Positions 49,110 to 58,289 of a stretch of DNA of 64,000 nt are shown here, piece by piece. The number at the start of each line of letters is the position of its first letter. Position 1 is the stretch's first letter. This DNA comes from Bryobacterales bacterium. Its GTDB lineage: Bacteria; Acidobacteriota; Terriglobia; Bryobacterales; UBA6623. The notes under the pieces were generated by a model. It did no database searches and had not been told where the DNA came from. It saw only the letters and a list, made by a program, of their open reading frames with translations. Position numbers and translations under genes: made by a program. Location of the stretch: contig OZ242259.1 in the NCBI GenBank assembly GCA_965207035.1, forward strand, positions 3,769,454 through 3,833,453, read 5' to 3'.

Positions 49110-50486
49110 ATGCGACACCATCTGACGCCAGAACAATGGGAAAATGTTTGCATGGCGATGGGCACGCGTAAGCAGGTGCAGATCCCGCTATTCCTGACTG
49201 TGGACGACTTGCCCGAGGCTCCGACGACACCGTTCTTCGAGAAGCTGTCCGAGGTGCTTGACCAGGCCGGCTTCGACGACTTTGTGGAACGCGTCTGCAG
49301 CCGCTTCTACGATCAGGCTCTGGGCCGGCCGTCGCTGCCGCCGGGCGTGTATTTCCGGATGCTGCTGCTGGGCTACCTGATGGGTTTCGAGTCGGAGCGA
49401 CGGATTGCGCTGCAGGCCGCCGATAGCCTCAGCCTGCGGCAGTTCCTGGGCTACGGACTGCACGAAGCGACGCCGGATCACTCGACGCTGTCGAAGACGC
49501 GCAAGCGGCTCGCGCTGGAGGCCCACGAAGAGGTGTTCGGGTGGGTGCTGGGGCGGCTGCGGGAGGCAGGCCTGACGCAGGGCGGCGAGGTGGCCGTGGA
49601 TGCGACGACGCTGGAGGCGAACGCGGCGTTGAAGGGTCTGGTGCGCAAGGCGACGGGGGAGGCGTACCGGGAGTTCGTGCTGGGGCTGGCGGAGGCGGCC
49701 GGAGAGTGCATCGAGAGCGAGGGAGATTTGATCCGTTTCGACCGCCAGCGAAAAGGGAAGAGCCTGTCGAACGAGGAGTGGGAGAGCCCGGTCGACGCGG
49801 ACGCACGGGTGGCGAAGATGAAGGACGGGACCACGCACCTGGCGTACAAGGCGGAGCACGCGGTGGACCTGGAGAGCGGGGCGCTGGTGGGCGTGACGGT
49901 GCAGCGGGCGGACGGCGGGGATACGCAGACGCTACCGCAGACGCTGGCAGCGGTCGAGGAGGCCTGCGGGGAGACACCGGAAACGGTGGTGCTGGACAAG
50001 GGGTATCACAGCGACGAGACGCTGGAGCGGCTGGAGGCGGCCGGGGCGGACTCGTACGTGGCGGTGCCGGAAGGGCCGGAGCGCAACTGGAAGGGCAAGC
50101 AGGAGGAGCGGCGACGGTACGCAGAGAACGAGGAGCGGGCGGGCAGCGAGCGTGGCAAGCAGTTGTCGAAGCTGCGGACGGAGAAGGCGGAACGCTCGAT
50201 GGCGCACATGTACGAGACGGGCGGGATGCGGCGGCTATGGCTGCGGGGTCTGGACAACGTGAGCAAGCGGGTGCTGATCCACGCCTGCGGACACAATCTC
50301 GGGGTCCTGATGCGGGAGCTCACAGGGACCGGTACGCCGCGGAGCCTGCAAGGCCAGGGGCGACGGCTACGATTGGCGCTATTCGCGGCCCTGAGAGTGG
50401 CGATATCGCGGCTTCTGGGCCGCTTTCCGGGTATTGCACGGCGATGGGGGCACGATCTGACCGAGATCCCGGCTGAGAGACCGTAA
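49110..50486 (+). CDS. DDE transposase, IS5/IS1182 family
   Basis: DUF772-like N-terminus (GRPSLPPGVYFRMLLLGYLMGFESERRIALQAADSLSLRQFLGY). DDE candidates VAVDATTLEANA and VVLDKGYHSDE. C-terminal ..ERSMAHMYETGGMRRLWLRGLDNVSKRVLIHACGHNLGVLMR. The likely true start is MAMGTRKQ at 49152. Confidence 0.88.
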   Translation: MRHHLTPEQWENVCMAMGTRKQVQIPLFLTVDDLPEAPTTPFFEKLSEVLDQAGFDDFVERVCSRFYDQALGRPSLPPGVYFRMLLLGYLMGFESERRIALQAADSLSLRQFLGYGLHEATPDHSTLSKTRKRLALEAHEEVFGWVLGRLREAGLTQGGEVAVDATTLEANAALKGLVRKATGEAYREFVLGLAEAAGECIESEGDLIRFDRQRKGKSLSNEEWESPVDADARVAKMKDGTTHLAYKAEHAVDLESGALVGVTVQRADGGDTQTLPQTLAAVEEACGETPETVVLDKGYHSDETLERLEAAGADSYVAVPEGPERNWKGKQEERRRYAENEERAGSERGKQLSKLRTEKAERSMAHMYETGGMRRLWLRGLDNVSKRVLIHACGHNLGVLMRELTGTGTPRSLQGQGRRLRLALFAALRVAISRLLGRFPGIARRWGHDLTEIPAERP

Positions 50487-50531
50487 TTCACCTTACCGCG
50501 CCGCAGCCACTATCCCAGTTCGGACCCCGAA

Positions 50532-50546
50532 TTTATCCACGGGCTG
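50532..50546. repeat. IS right terminal inverted repeat
   Basis: tttatccacgggctg, the exact reverse complement of 49081-49095. Confidence 0.95.
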
Positions 50547-50622
50547 CTATACTGAATGAGGTGTCGGCGCGGCTCGTCGAGCCCCTGTGGAGTCGCTGTC
50601 GGCAGCGGCGAAAGGCACAAAC

Positions 50623-51645
50623 ATGAGACGGCTTCGCGTTCTGGTCCCCGCCCTGCTTGCGGCAACCCTGCTGGTCACGATCGCCATCGACTCGGCGGCT
50701 CCGCAGAGGCGCCGTGTCAACAAGCTGAGGCTGGGCACGATCGCCCCCAAGAACAGCATCTACCACGAAGCACTCCTCCGGCTTCGGCAGCAGTGGAGGG
50801 AAATTTCGGGTGGCACGGTCGAGCTGGCAATCTACCCCGGGGGCGTCGCAGGCGACGAGATCACCATGCTGCGCAAGATGCGGGCGGGTCAGATGCAGGC
50901 CGCCTTGATCTCCGGCAGCGGCATGTCGTTCCTGGACGAGGGCATCAGCGCCCTGCAGGTTCCGATGATGTTCCGGTCGATCGACGAGTTTGACTTCGTA
51001 CGGTCGAAGATGGCGCCGACGCTCGAGTCCCGACTCGCCGACAAGGGCTATAGCGTGCTCGGATGGGGCGATGCCGGCCGGGCCTATTTCTTCAGCGTCA
51101 ACGAGTTTCGCACGCCAGAGGATGTCCGCCAGATGAAGCTATACACATCCAAGGGCGACGAAGAAATGCTGAAGCTCTACGACGAATTCGGCTTCCGCGC
51201 GGTACCGCTGGACTTGACCGAACTGCAGGCAAATCTGGAAACCGGGCTGGTTGAGGTTTTTGCCGTCCCGCCACTGCTGGCGGCAGGCTACCAATGGTTC
51301 GGGTCGGCGCCCAACATGCTTGACCTGCCCTTCGTGTCGATCGTTGGAGCGCTCCTGATCAGCACGGAGGTGTGGAACGGCATCCCCCCGGACCTGCAGG
51401 TCGACCTGCAGCAGGCGGCCGCCAGCGTGGCCGCTGAGATAGAGACCGCCGTTCGCGCTCAAGAAGAGAAGGCGATCACCGAGATGCAACGGTACGGTCT
51501 GAACGTGATCGAGGCTGACGAGGATCTCGTCAGCCAGTGGAGCCGGGAGATGGAGGCGGCGTACCCGGACATCCGGGATCGGTACGCCCCCGGAGAGCTG
51601 ATGGATGCTGCGATGCGATGGAGGGATGCGTTCCGGTCCCGGTGA
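50623..51645 (+). CDS. TRAP transporter substrate-binding protein (DctP family)
   Basis: Signal MRRLRVLVPALLAATLLV (ORF trimmed from GTG 50587). Contains LRLGTIAPKNS.YH, G.V.L.IYPGG, GQMQAA and VP.MFRS..E (DctP pattern). Confidence 0.8.
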   Translation: MRRLRVLVPALLAATLLVTIAIDSAAPQRRRVNKLRLGTIAPKNSIYHEALLRLRQQWREISGGTVELAIYPGGVAGDEITMLRKMRAGQMQAALISGSGMSFLDEGISALQVPMMFRSIDEFDFVRSKMAPTLESRLADKGYSVLGWGDAGRAYFFSVNEFRTPEDVRQMKLYTSKGDEEMLKLYDEFGFRAVPLDLTELQANLETGLVEVFAVPPLLAAGYQWFGSAPNMLDLPFVSIVGALLISTEVWNGIPPDLQVDLQQAAASVAAEIETAVRAQEEKAITEMQRYGLNVIEADEDLVSQWSREMEAAYPDIRDRYAPGELMDAAMRWRDAFRSR

Positions 51646-51680
51646 CCGTTTTCCGAGATAGGACGGGAGAGGAGACTGAC

Positions 51681-52601
51681 ATGCTGAGCTTCACCCGTCG
51701 GCAACTGCTAGCCACCGCAGTCGCCGCGCCGGTCGCAGCCTCGGCCGGCGAGACGGTGGCCAGACCCACTTTGTGCCTGTTTACCAAGCACCTGCCGTTA
51801 TCCAGCTACAAGGAGCTGGCCGGAACACTCCGGTCGATGGGCTTCCCTGGCGCAGACCTTACCGTCCGGCCGCGTGGCCATGTGCTTCCCGAGAATGTCG
51901 AGCGTGACCTGCCGCTGGCCTACGAGGCCCTGTCCGCCGAGGGTGTCGAGATCCCCCTGATCACGACCGGGTTGCTTTCCCGCAAGGATCCAGCCGCCCG
52001 CCCAACGCTCTACACCGCAGCCGGTCTTGGCATTCCGCTCTTCAAACTGGGATACCACCGCTACCGCGACTTCGAGGACCTCGACGGACAGCTCGCCAAG
52101 GTCAAGGCGGACGTGGAGGGCTTGGCCGCGATTTCCGGCCACGCTGGAATCATCGGCGGATTTCACAACCACTCGGGCACCTACGTTGGCAGCGCCTTGT
52201 GGGACCACTGGTGGATCCTGCGCGACACCGATCCACAACAGATCGGGTTTTACTTCGATCCGTGCCACGCGACGATCGAAGGCGGCTCGGCAGGTTGGGA
52301 GATCGGCTTCCATCGCCTGAAGGACCGCCTGAAAATGGTGGCCTGCAAAGACTTCTTCTGGGAAAAGCAGGCCCAAGGATGGAAGGCCCGGATGTGCCCG
52401 CTGGGCCAAGGCATGGTGAACTACCCCAAGTTCTTCGAGCTACTGGCCGCCAGCGGGTTTTCGGGTCCGATCTCGCTGCATGTCGAGTACAAAATCGACG
52501 CCCCGACCGAGGTCCGGCGCATCGAAAAAGAGATGCTGGCCATCGAAACCGACTACAACTACCTCAGGTCGGTCTACGACAGGGCGTTTGGCGCCGTTTA
52601 G
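51681..52601 (+). CDS. Tat-exported sugar phosphate isomerase/epimerase (xylose isomerase-like TIM barrel)
   Basis: GGAGAGGAG Shine-Dalgarno sequence. MLSFTRRQLLATAVAAPVAASAG (twin-arginine). FHNHSG, DPCHA and SLHVEY. Confidence 0.8.
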   Translation: MLSFTRRQLLATAVAAPVAASAGETVARPTLCLFTKHLPLSSYKELAGTLRSMGFPGADLTVRPRGHVLPENVERDLPLAYEALSAEGVEIPLITTGLLSRKDPAARPTLYTAAGLGIPLFKLGYHRYRDFEDLDGQLAKVKADVEGLAAISGHAGIIGGFHNHSGTYVGSALWDHWWILRDTDPQQIGFYFDPCHATIEGGSAGWEIGFHRLKDRLKMVACKDFFWEKQAQGWKARMCPLGQGMVNYPKFFELLAASGFSGPISLHVEYKIDAPTEVRRIEKEMLAIETDYNYLRSVYDRAFGAV

Positions 52602-52615
52602 CGGCGAGGGGCGTC

Positions 52616-55033
52616 CTAGTCCAGCGTGAAGGCGTCGGGGTGCATTGACCCGTCGCCCCGCACGACCACGCTTGACCCGACAGCTTCCTCGAGCGTTGCA
52701 ATGTGCCTGTTCGACCTGTGCTTGAGAGACTTTGCGATCTCTGGATGGACCCGAAGCGTCAGGTCCTTGGCCAGTTCGCCGCCCTTTCGCTTGCTGCTCG
52801 CGGCGATGCGGTCAGCAGCCGAGAATATCTCGGAGAGCACCGTGGCGGGCGATTTGACCGTGCCGGTCCCGGAGCACGACGGGCAGGGGACGCACATGGC
52901 CCGCTCCAGCGACTGTCTCACTGGCTTCCGAGTGATCACCGCGAGGCCGAATTCATTGAACGGCAGGAGCCGAGTCGGCGTGCGCGTCTTCCGTAGTGCC
53001 TCCTGGAGCACTTGCTGCACCTGCTGGCGGTTCTTGCGGTCCTCCATGTCGATGAAGTCGATCACGATGATGCCGCCGAGATCGCGGAGGCGGAGCTGGC
53101 GCACGATCTCTTCCGCCGCCTCCAGATTCGTCTTCAGTACAGTGTCCTCGAGCCTGTTGGACTTGCCTACGTACCTTCCGGTGTTGACGTCGATCGCTAC
53201 GAGAGCCTCAGTCTGATTGATGACCAAATAGCCGCCCGACTTGAGCCAAACCTTGGGTTTCAGCGCCCTCTCCAGATCCTTGGTGATATCAAAGGAGTCG
53301 TGGATGGGCTGCGGGCGAGTGTAGAGCTTGACGTGATCGACCAGCTCGGGCTTGAACCGTTCCACGAACCGCAGTATCCGCTCGTACTCCTGCTCGGAGT
53401 CCACCCAGATCGTCTTGTAGTTCTGGCCGTGCTGATCGCGAACGACCCGCTCGACGATGTCAAGGTCGCTATGCAGCATGGCCGGCGCCTTGCGCTTCTC
53501 CGCTTTCTCCTGCAACTGTTGCCAGAGCTCTTGAAGGAACTCGATATCGGCGACCAGGTCTTCTTCGCTGGCGCCCTTCGCCGCGGACCGGACGACGAAT
53601 CCGCCCGGCTTGCCCTCCGAGTGCTTGTCAATGATCCGGCGCAGCCGGGTGCGTTCGGACTCGGGCTGGATCTTCTGGGCGACGCCATTGTGCTTGGCCG
53701 TCGTCATGTAAACCATGTAGCGGCCCGGAAGGGATACGTGTGAAGTGATTCTGGCGCCCTTCTGCCCGACGGGCTCCTTGTTCACCTGGACAATCACTTC
53801 CTGGCCGTTCCGCAGGAGACTCTTGATGTCGGCCTGCGGCGACGCCTGCATGTCGCGTCCCTTGGACTCTCCACGGGGCCGCCCGTCGGCCTTGGCCCCA
53901 CGCTTCGCGCGACCGTCAGCATGGGAGCGGGCCGGTCCGTCAGACCGTCGCGAAGGCCGCTTCCTTGGAGCTTCGCGAGTGCCGGCCGCCGAACGGTCAG
54001 CAGTCTTGCGCGCCGGCCGGCCGCGAGTGCTCCGCCGGCGCTTGGAAGGGGGGGCACCACGTGAGTCAGGGGCCTTCGGCTCCTCTTCCGGTTTGCTCTC
54101 GGCGGCCTTCCCCTTCCCCTTGCCCCAGCCGAAGAGACTGAAGCGAAACTCGGAACGGGTCGACGGCGCCGACACGGATGCCCGCTCGTGAGGCGGATCG
54201 GGAGTCTCCGGCGCACCCGCTTCCTCCGTAACCGATCCATTCTCCGAGGTCCCTGCGCTTGCAGGCGCCTCCCGGGCGGCCTCCGCGGAGGCAGGTTCAA
54301 GCGACATCGGTTGATCGTCGACGGCAGCGGATTCCGTGCCTTGCGCATCAGACGCGTCAGTTTGCGGCTCCGCGGAGGCCGCTCCGACAGCGTTGGTCGG
54401 CGCCTGGTGGCGGCCGTACTTGGCCAGAGACTCGCCGGGAAGCACCACGGGATCTTGCTCCGGTGGACCGGGGGACGACGGCTCGACCGCGCCGGGTACG
54501 TCGGACTGCGCATCAGCCTGATCCTCCGGGACGGTCTCGGCGGTTGCCGACTCGTCCTCCGACCGCCTCGTACGGCGCCGCCGGCGCCTTCGGCGGCTGG
54601 GCACCTCCGGGGAACGTTCGGCGGCAACCGCATCGGAAGGAGCCTCCGCCGAGCCCCCGCCATCAACTTGCTCGGGCCCCCCGGGATGATCGGGCGCCTC
54701 GCCGGGACGAGCCTCGTCCTCTATCGGCTCGCCCGGAACGTCCAGTGTCCGGGTCGGGTCGGCGGGAATCGGACCGTCATCCAGGCCCTCCTCCACGCTC
54801 TCGGAGGGGTCCAGCACGTCCGTGACATACAGGAACGCGTCCCGGCGCAAACCGAGATTGACGAAGGCCGATTGCATCCCGGCCAGCACCCGTGTTACGC
54901 GACCCTTGTAGATGTTCCCTGTAATAGCTTTCTGCGCGTGGTGCTCTACATAGACTTCGACTAAGCGATCATCCTCTAGGACCGCTACGGTCGTTTCGAT
55001 CGGATTCGATGAGATAACCAATTCCTGAGACAT
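52616..55033 (-). CDS. rng: Ribonuclease E/G family endoribonuclease with a ~329-aa insertion in the S1 domain
   Basis: ORF trimmed to the ATG at 55033. GNIYKGRVTRVLAGMQSAFVNLGLRRDAFLYV is followed by the insertion, then IKSLLRNGQEVIVQVNKEPVGQKGARITSHVSLPGRYMVYM. Also DVNTG, IIVIDFIDM and the Zn-link CPSCSGTGTVKS. Colinear with E. coli RNase G outside the insertion. Confidence 0.9.
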   Translation of the reverse strand: MSQELVISSNPIETTVAVLEDDRLVEVYVEHHAQKAITGNIYKGRVTRVLAGMQSAFVNLGLRRDAFLYVTDVLDPSESVEEGLDDGPIPADPTRTLDVPGEPIEDEARPGEAPDHPGGPEQVDGGGSAEAPSDAVAAERSPEVPSRRRRRRRRTRRSEDESATAETVPEDQADAQSDVPGAVEPSSPGPPEQDPVVLPGESLAKYGRHQAPTNAVGAASAEPQTDASDAQGTESAAVDDQPMSLEPASAEAAREAPASAGTSENGSVTEEAGAPETPDPPHERASVSAPSTRSEFRFSLFGWGKGKGKAAESKPEEEPKAPDSRGAPPSKRRRSTRGRPARKTADRSAAGTREAPRKRPSRRSDGPARSHADGRAKRGAKADGRPRGESKGRDMQASPQADIKSLLRNGQEVIVQVNKEPVGQKGARITSHVSLPGRYMVYMTTAKHNGVAQKIQPESERTRLRRIIDKHSEGKPGGFVVRSAAKGASEEDLVADIEFLQELWQQLQEKAEKRKAPAMLHSDLDIVERVVRDQHGQNYKTIWVDSEQEYERILRFVERFKPELVDHVKLYTRPQPIHDSFDITKDLERALKPKVWLKSGGYLVINQTEALVAIDVNTGRYVGKSNRLEDTVLKTNLEAAEEIVRQLRLRDLGGIIVIDFIDMEDRKNRQQVQQVLQEALRKTRTPTRLLPFNEFGLAVITRKPVRQSLERAMCVPCPSCSGTGTVKSPATVLSEIFSAADRIAASSKRKGGELAKDLTLRVHPEIAKSLKHRSNRHIATLEEAVGSSVVVRGDGSMHPDAFTLD

Positions 55034-55335
55034 ATGATTCCGTCTCGGGGAAGGTCCAAGCGCGGCTGGGCTCCGCTTCGGCTGGCTGCTAGAACGTTGC
55101 TGTCCATTCATTCACCGTGTTGGCGGGACTCGCCTGCAAACTGCGCTCCCAGCAGACGCTGCCACGTTCTGGCGTCGGGATCCGGCAGGGCAGGCGGAGC
55201 GCCACGCCATGGGCGGGGCTCGCACGCCTACGACCGATCGGCATTGCCCGATCCTGTTGTCCGCGGGTTGAACTCTTCCCCTCTATCCTTTCTTTCATTG
55301 ATGCCGGCACCGCTGCCCGAACCGGCGGTGATCAG

Positions 55336-56445
55336 TCAGTTGACGAAGCGCCGCATGCGCACGCTGTGAACGAGCCCTAGCATCGTCAGGACAGTCAGCA
55401 AGCTGGATCCGCCGTAGCTCATGAGCGGCAAAGGCAGTCCGGTGACCGGCAGCTTGTTGGCCACCATTCCGACATTCACCACGATGTGAAATAACAGCAA
55501 GGTCGCGACGCTGATCGCAACGAGCATTCCCTCCGCATCGGCGGCCGTCTTTCCGATTTCCACGATTCGCATGAGCAGGACGTAGTACAGTGCCAGCGCG
55601 ATCACGATTCCGACGAACCCCTCCTCCTCCGCGAACGCGGCGAATATGAAGTCCGTGTGCGGGGTGGGCAAGAAGCGCAGCTGCGTCTGCGATCCCTGCA
55701 CATGCCCCTGTCCCCAGATGCCACCTGCACCCACCGCGATCTTCGATTGCCGGATTTGATACCCCGTGCTCCGCGGCGCCTTGTCCGGATCCATGAAACC
55801 CGTGATCCGGTCTCGTTGGTATGGCTTGAGCATCGACCAGCTCACCGGCAGAAGGACAACCGCCAGCAGGCAGAGCGCAACCCAGTGCTTGGCGCGAATC
55901 GTCGAAAGATACAGGACCATGCCCGCCAGGGGGACTATGCTGAGGGCCGTGCCCAAGTCGGGCTGCAACAGCACCAGACCGAACGGCATCCCGAAGATCA
56001 CGCCAATCGTGACAATGTCGCGAGCGCCCAGCGTCTTGGTCGTGTAATCGCTACAGTACTTCGCTACTACCAAGACTAGCACTACCTTCATGAACTCCGA
56101 CGCCTGGATCGAAAACCCAAAGGGCGTCGGCAGCCAGCGTCGCGCCCCGTTGACCGGTTCGGTAAACGCCAAGACCACCCATAAAAGGACGATTCCCGCT
56201 ATCCAGAGAATCGGGGAAGCCCCGACGCCATGGTGATAGTTGAAGGTCGACACGATCCAGAAGAGGACGAACCCGAGCGCGAGCCAGACGCAGTGCTGCC
56301 CGTAGGCGCTGGCGAATTCGGTGTTCAGCGTGGCGCTGTAAATCTGGCGGAGGCCCATCAGGGAGATCGCGATCACGATCCCGACCAGGACCCAGTCGAT
56401 ATCCCGCAACCAGTGCTTGGTGCTGGAAGGCGAACGCAGGATCAT
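55336..56445 (-). CDS. rodA: Rod shape-determining protein RodA (SEDS family)
   Basis: 10-TM FtsW/RodA/SpoVE pattern (..PDLGTAL.., HTDFIFA...EE.G, LP.TG.PLP..SYGGSS). 4-nt overlap with mrdA. Confidence 0.92.
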   Translation of the reverse strand: MILRSPSSTKHWLRDIDWVLVGIVIAISLMGLRQIYSATLNTEFASAYGQHCVWLALGFVLFWIVSTFNYHHGVGASPILWIAGIVLLWVVLAFTEPVNGARRWLPTPFGFSIQASEFMKVVLVLVVAKYCSDYTTKTLGARDIVTIGVIFGMPFGLVLLQPDLGTALSIVPLAGMVLYLSTIRAKHWVALCLLAVVLLPVSWSMLKPYQRDRITGFMDPDKAPRSTGYQIRQSKIAVGAGGIWGQGHVQGSQTQLRFLPTPHTDFIFAAFAEEEGFVGIVIALALYYVLLMRIVEIGKTAADAEGMLVAISVATLLLFHIVVNVGMVANKLPVTGLPLPLMSYGGSSLLTVLTMLGLVHSVRMRRFVN

Positions 56446-58289
56446 CCTTGGCCCCCCTGGGACCGAGCGAGCGTCCCCTCCGTGTCGGTCAACAGATCCT
56501 CGGCACGGTTCAGCATCCAGACCTGGATCACGTCCCGCGCGACCGCCGCAGCGTAGTAGCTGTGCTTGCCGTTCTCGAGCAGCACGGCGACGACAACCTC
56601 GGGACTACGGCACGGGGCGTAACCGACGAACCATGCGTCGTCTTCGAAATCCTCGCGGTTCGCCTTCAGCCGCGTGGCGTTCGACACGCGCTGGGAGGTT
56701 CCTGTCTTGCCGCACACTTCCAGCGCCTTCAGCCGTGCCTGACCCCCCGTGCCACCGCCGTTGACTACCGACCACATCGCCTCGTGCAGCACGTCCATGT
56801 GCTCCCGGGCAACCGGAGAGATCCGCGGCGACGGTAGTTCGCTGCCCGGCGCGACGGCAGCGAGCTCACGGCGGGAAACCATGTGCGGACGATGCCACAC
56901 GCCGCCGACGGCCAAGCCGCCGATTGCATGCGCTGCCTGGATTGGCGTTACGGACATCGCGCCTTGGCCGATCGCGACGATGATTGTCTCGCCGGGGTTC
57001 CAAGGCTGCAGCATCCGGCGGATCTTCCACCGCTCGGTGGGAACCAGTCCGGGCACTTCGTCAGGCAAGTCCACGTTGGTCTTGTCGCCCAGCCCGGCGA
57101 TCCGAGCGTAGGCGGCAAGCCTGTCGATTCCGAGTTTGTGGCCCAGCTGGTAGAAATAGACGTCGCACGACTGGGCGATCGCCTTGCGCAAGGAAACCGT
57201 GCCGTGACCGCCGCGCTTGTGGCAGCGGAAATATCGGCCGCCAAACTGGAGCCCTCCCGGACAATGCACCTTGAAATCAGGGCCCGCGAGACCGGCCTCC
57301 AGCCCCGCCAGTCCCACGATGGGCTTGAAAACCGAGCCCATCGCCCATGTGCCTTGGATCGAGCGATTGAGCATCGGATTGCTCGGGTCGGAATTCAACG
57401 TCGCCCATTCGCTGCTCGAAAATCCGGTCACGAACTTGTTCGGGTCATACACCGGCGAGCTGGCCATCGCCAAGATCTCGCCGTTGCGGGGATCGAGCGC
57501 CACAACCGCCCCCTTGCGACCCTCCAGACCCAGCTCCGAGACGGCTTGCAGGTCCAGATCGATCGTCAGCCGCAGGTTTTCTCCCGGGGTTGCATCCACC
57601 AAGCTGAGGGTCTCGATCTGCCGGCCGAGGCTGTTCACCAAAAACCGCTGCCTGCCGTCCTCGCCGGACAGCCAGCGGTTGTATTGCCGTTCGATCCCGC
57701 TCTTGCCGATTTCGTCGCCGAAATCGTTTAGCAGGAACTCCCGCAGGTTCAGCTCGCTCTTGCTGACCTCCGCGACATAACCCATCGCGTGCACAGCGAC
57801 TCCGGATTCCGGGTACTGCCGGCTCATGCCCTTGACGAGGTCGATCTCCTGAAACTCGCTTCGGTGCGCCTGCAGAAACGCAATCTCGGCAACCGAGAGA
57901 TCCTCCTTGAGCACGAAGTGCCGGGACTTGCTGTACGCGGAAGCGTCCAAGAGCCGTTCCGCAAGGAGATCGGGATCGAGTCCGAGGCGGGCGGCGATCC
58001 GGCCGAGATTCTCGGGTTCGGCGCTTTCTCTGTCGATCACGGCCGACATCGCGATTCGGCTCCGCGCGAGAGCCCGGCCGTAGCGGTCGAGAATGTTGCC
58101 GCGCGCGGCGGGGATGGGTAGGGCCTTGATCCGGTTCTGTTCGGCGAGCTGGCGGTATTGCTCGTTGTCGGCGACCTGGATTTCCCAAAACGCCAACAGG
58201 AGCAACAGGAACGCAGCTGAGATCACCGCCTGAAACCAGACAATGCGGCGCACCGTGACGCGACGCTGAGTCTTCGGGCCCCAAGTCAT
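56442..58289 (-). CDS. mrdA: Penicillin-binding protein 2 (elongation transpeptidase)
   Basis: N-terminal TM, RG.I.DR.G..LA and the transpeptidase motifs SVFKP and KTGT. Position between mreD and rodA. Confidence 0.92.
   Translation of the reverse strand: MTWGPKTQRRVTVRRIVWFQAVISAAFLLLLLAFWEIQVADNEQYRQLAEQNRIKALPIPAARGNILDRYGRALARSRIAMSAVIDRESAEPENLGRIAARLGLDPDLLAERLLDASAYSKSRHFVLKEDLSVAEIAFLQAHRSEFQEIDLVKGMSRQYPESGVAVHAMGYVAEVSKSELNLREFLLNDFGDEIGKSGIERQYNRWLSGEDGRQRFLVNSLGRQIETLSLVDATPGENLRLTIDLDLQAVSELGLEGRKGAVVALDPRNGEILAMASSPVYDPNKFVTGFSSSEWATLNSDPSNPMLNRSIQGTWAMGSVFKPIVGLAGLEAGLAGPDFKVHCPGGLQFGGRYFRCHKRGGHGTVSLRKAIAQSCDVYFYQLGHKLGIDRLAAYARIAGLGDKTNVDLPDEVPGLVPTERWKIRRMLQPWNPGETIIVAIGQGAMSVTPIQAAHAIGGLAVGGVWHRPHMVSRRELAAVAPGSELPSPRISPVAREHMDVLHEAMWSVVNGGGTGGQARLKALEVCGKTGTSQRVSNATRLKANREDFEDDAWFVGYAPCRSPEVVVAVLLENGKHSYYAAAVARDVIQVWMLNRAEDLLTDTEGTLARSQGGQG

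Larger units (their letters stand above)
49081..50546 (+). mobile_element. Intact IS5/IS1182-like insertion sequence (1466 bp)
   Basis: Perfect 15-bp terminal inverted repeats CAGCCCGTGGATAAA (49081-49095) and its reverse complement TTTATCCACGGGCTG (50532-50546). These are flanked by the direct repeat CTAT (49077-49080 and 50547-50550). A single transposase ORF fills the element. Confidence 0.92.
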
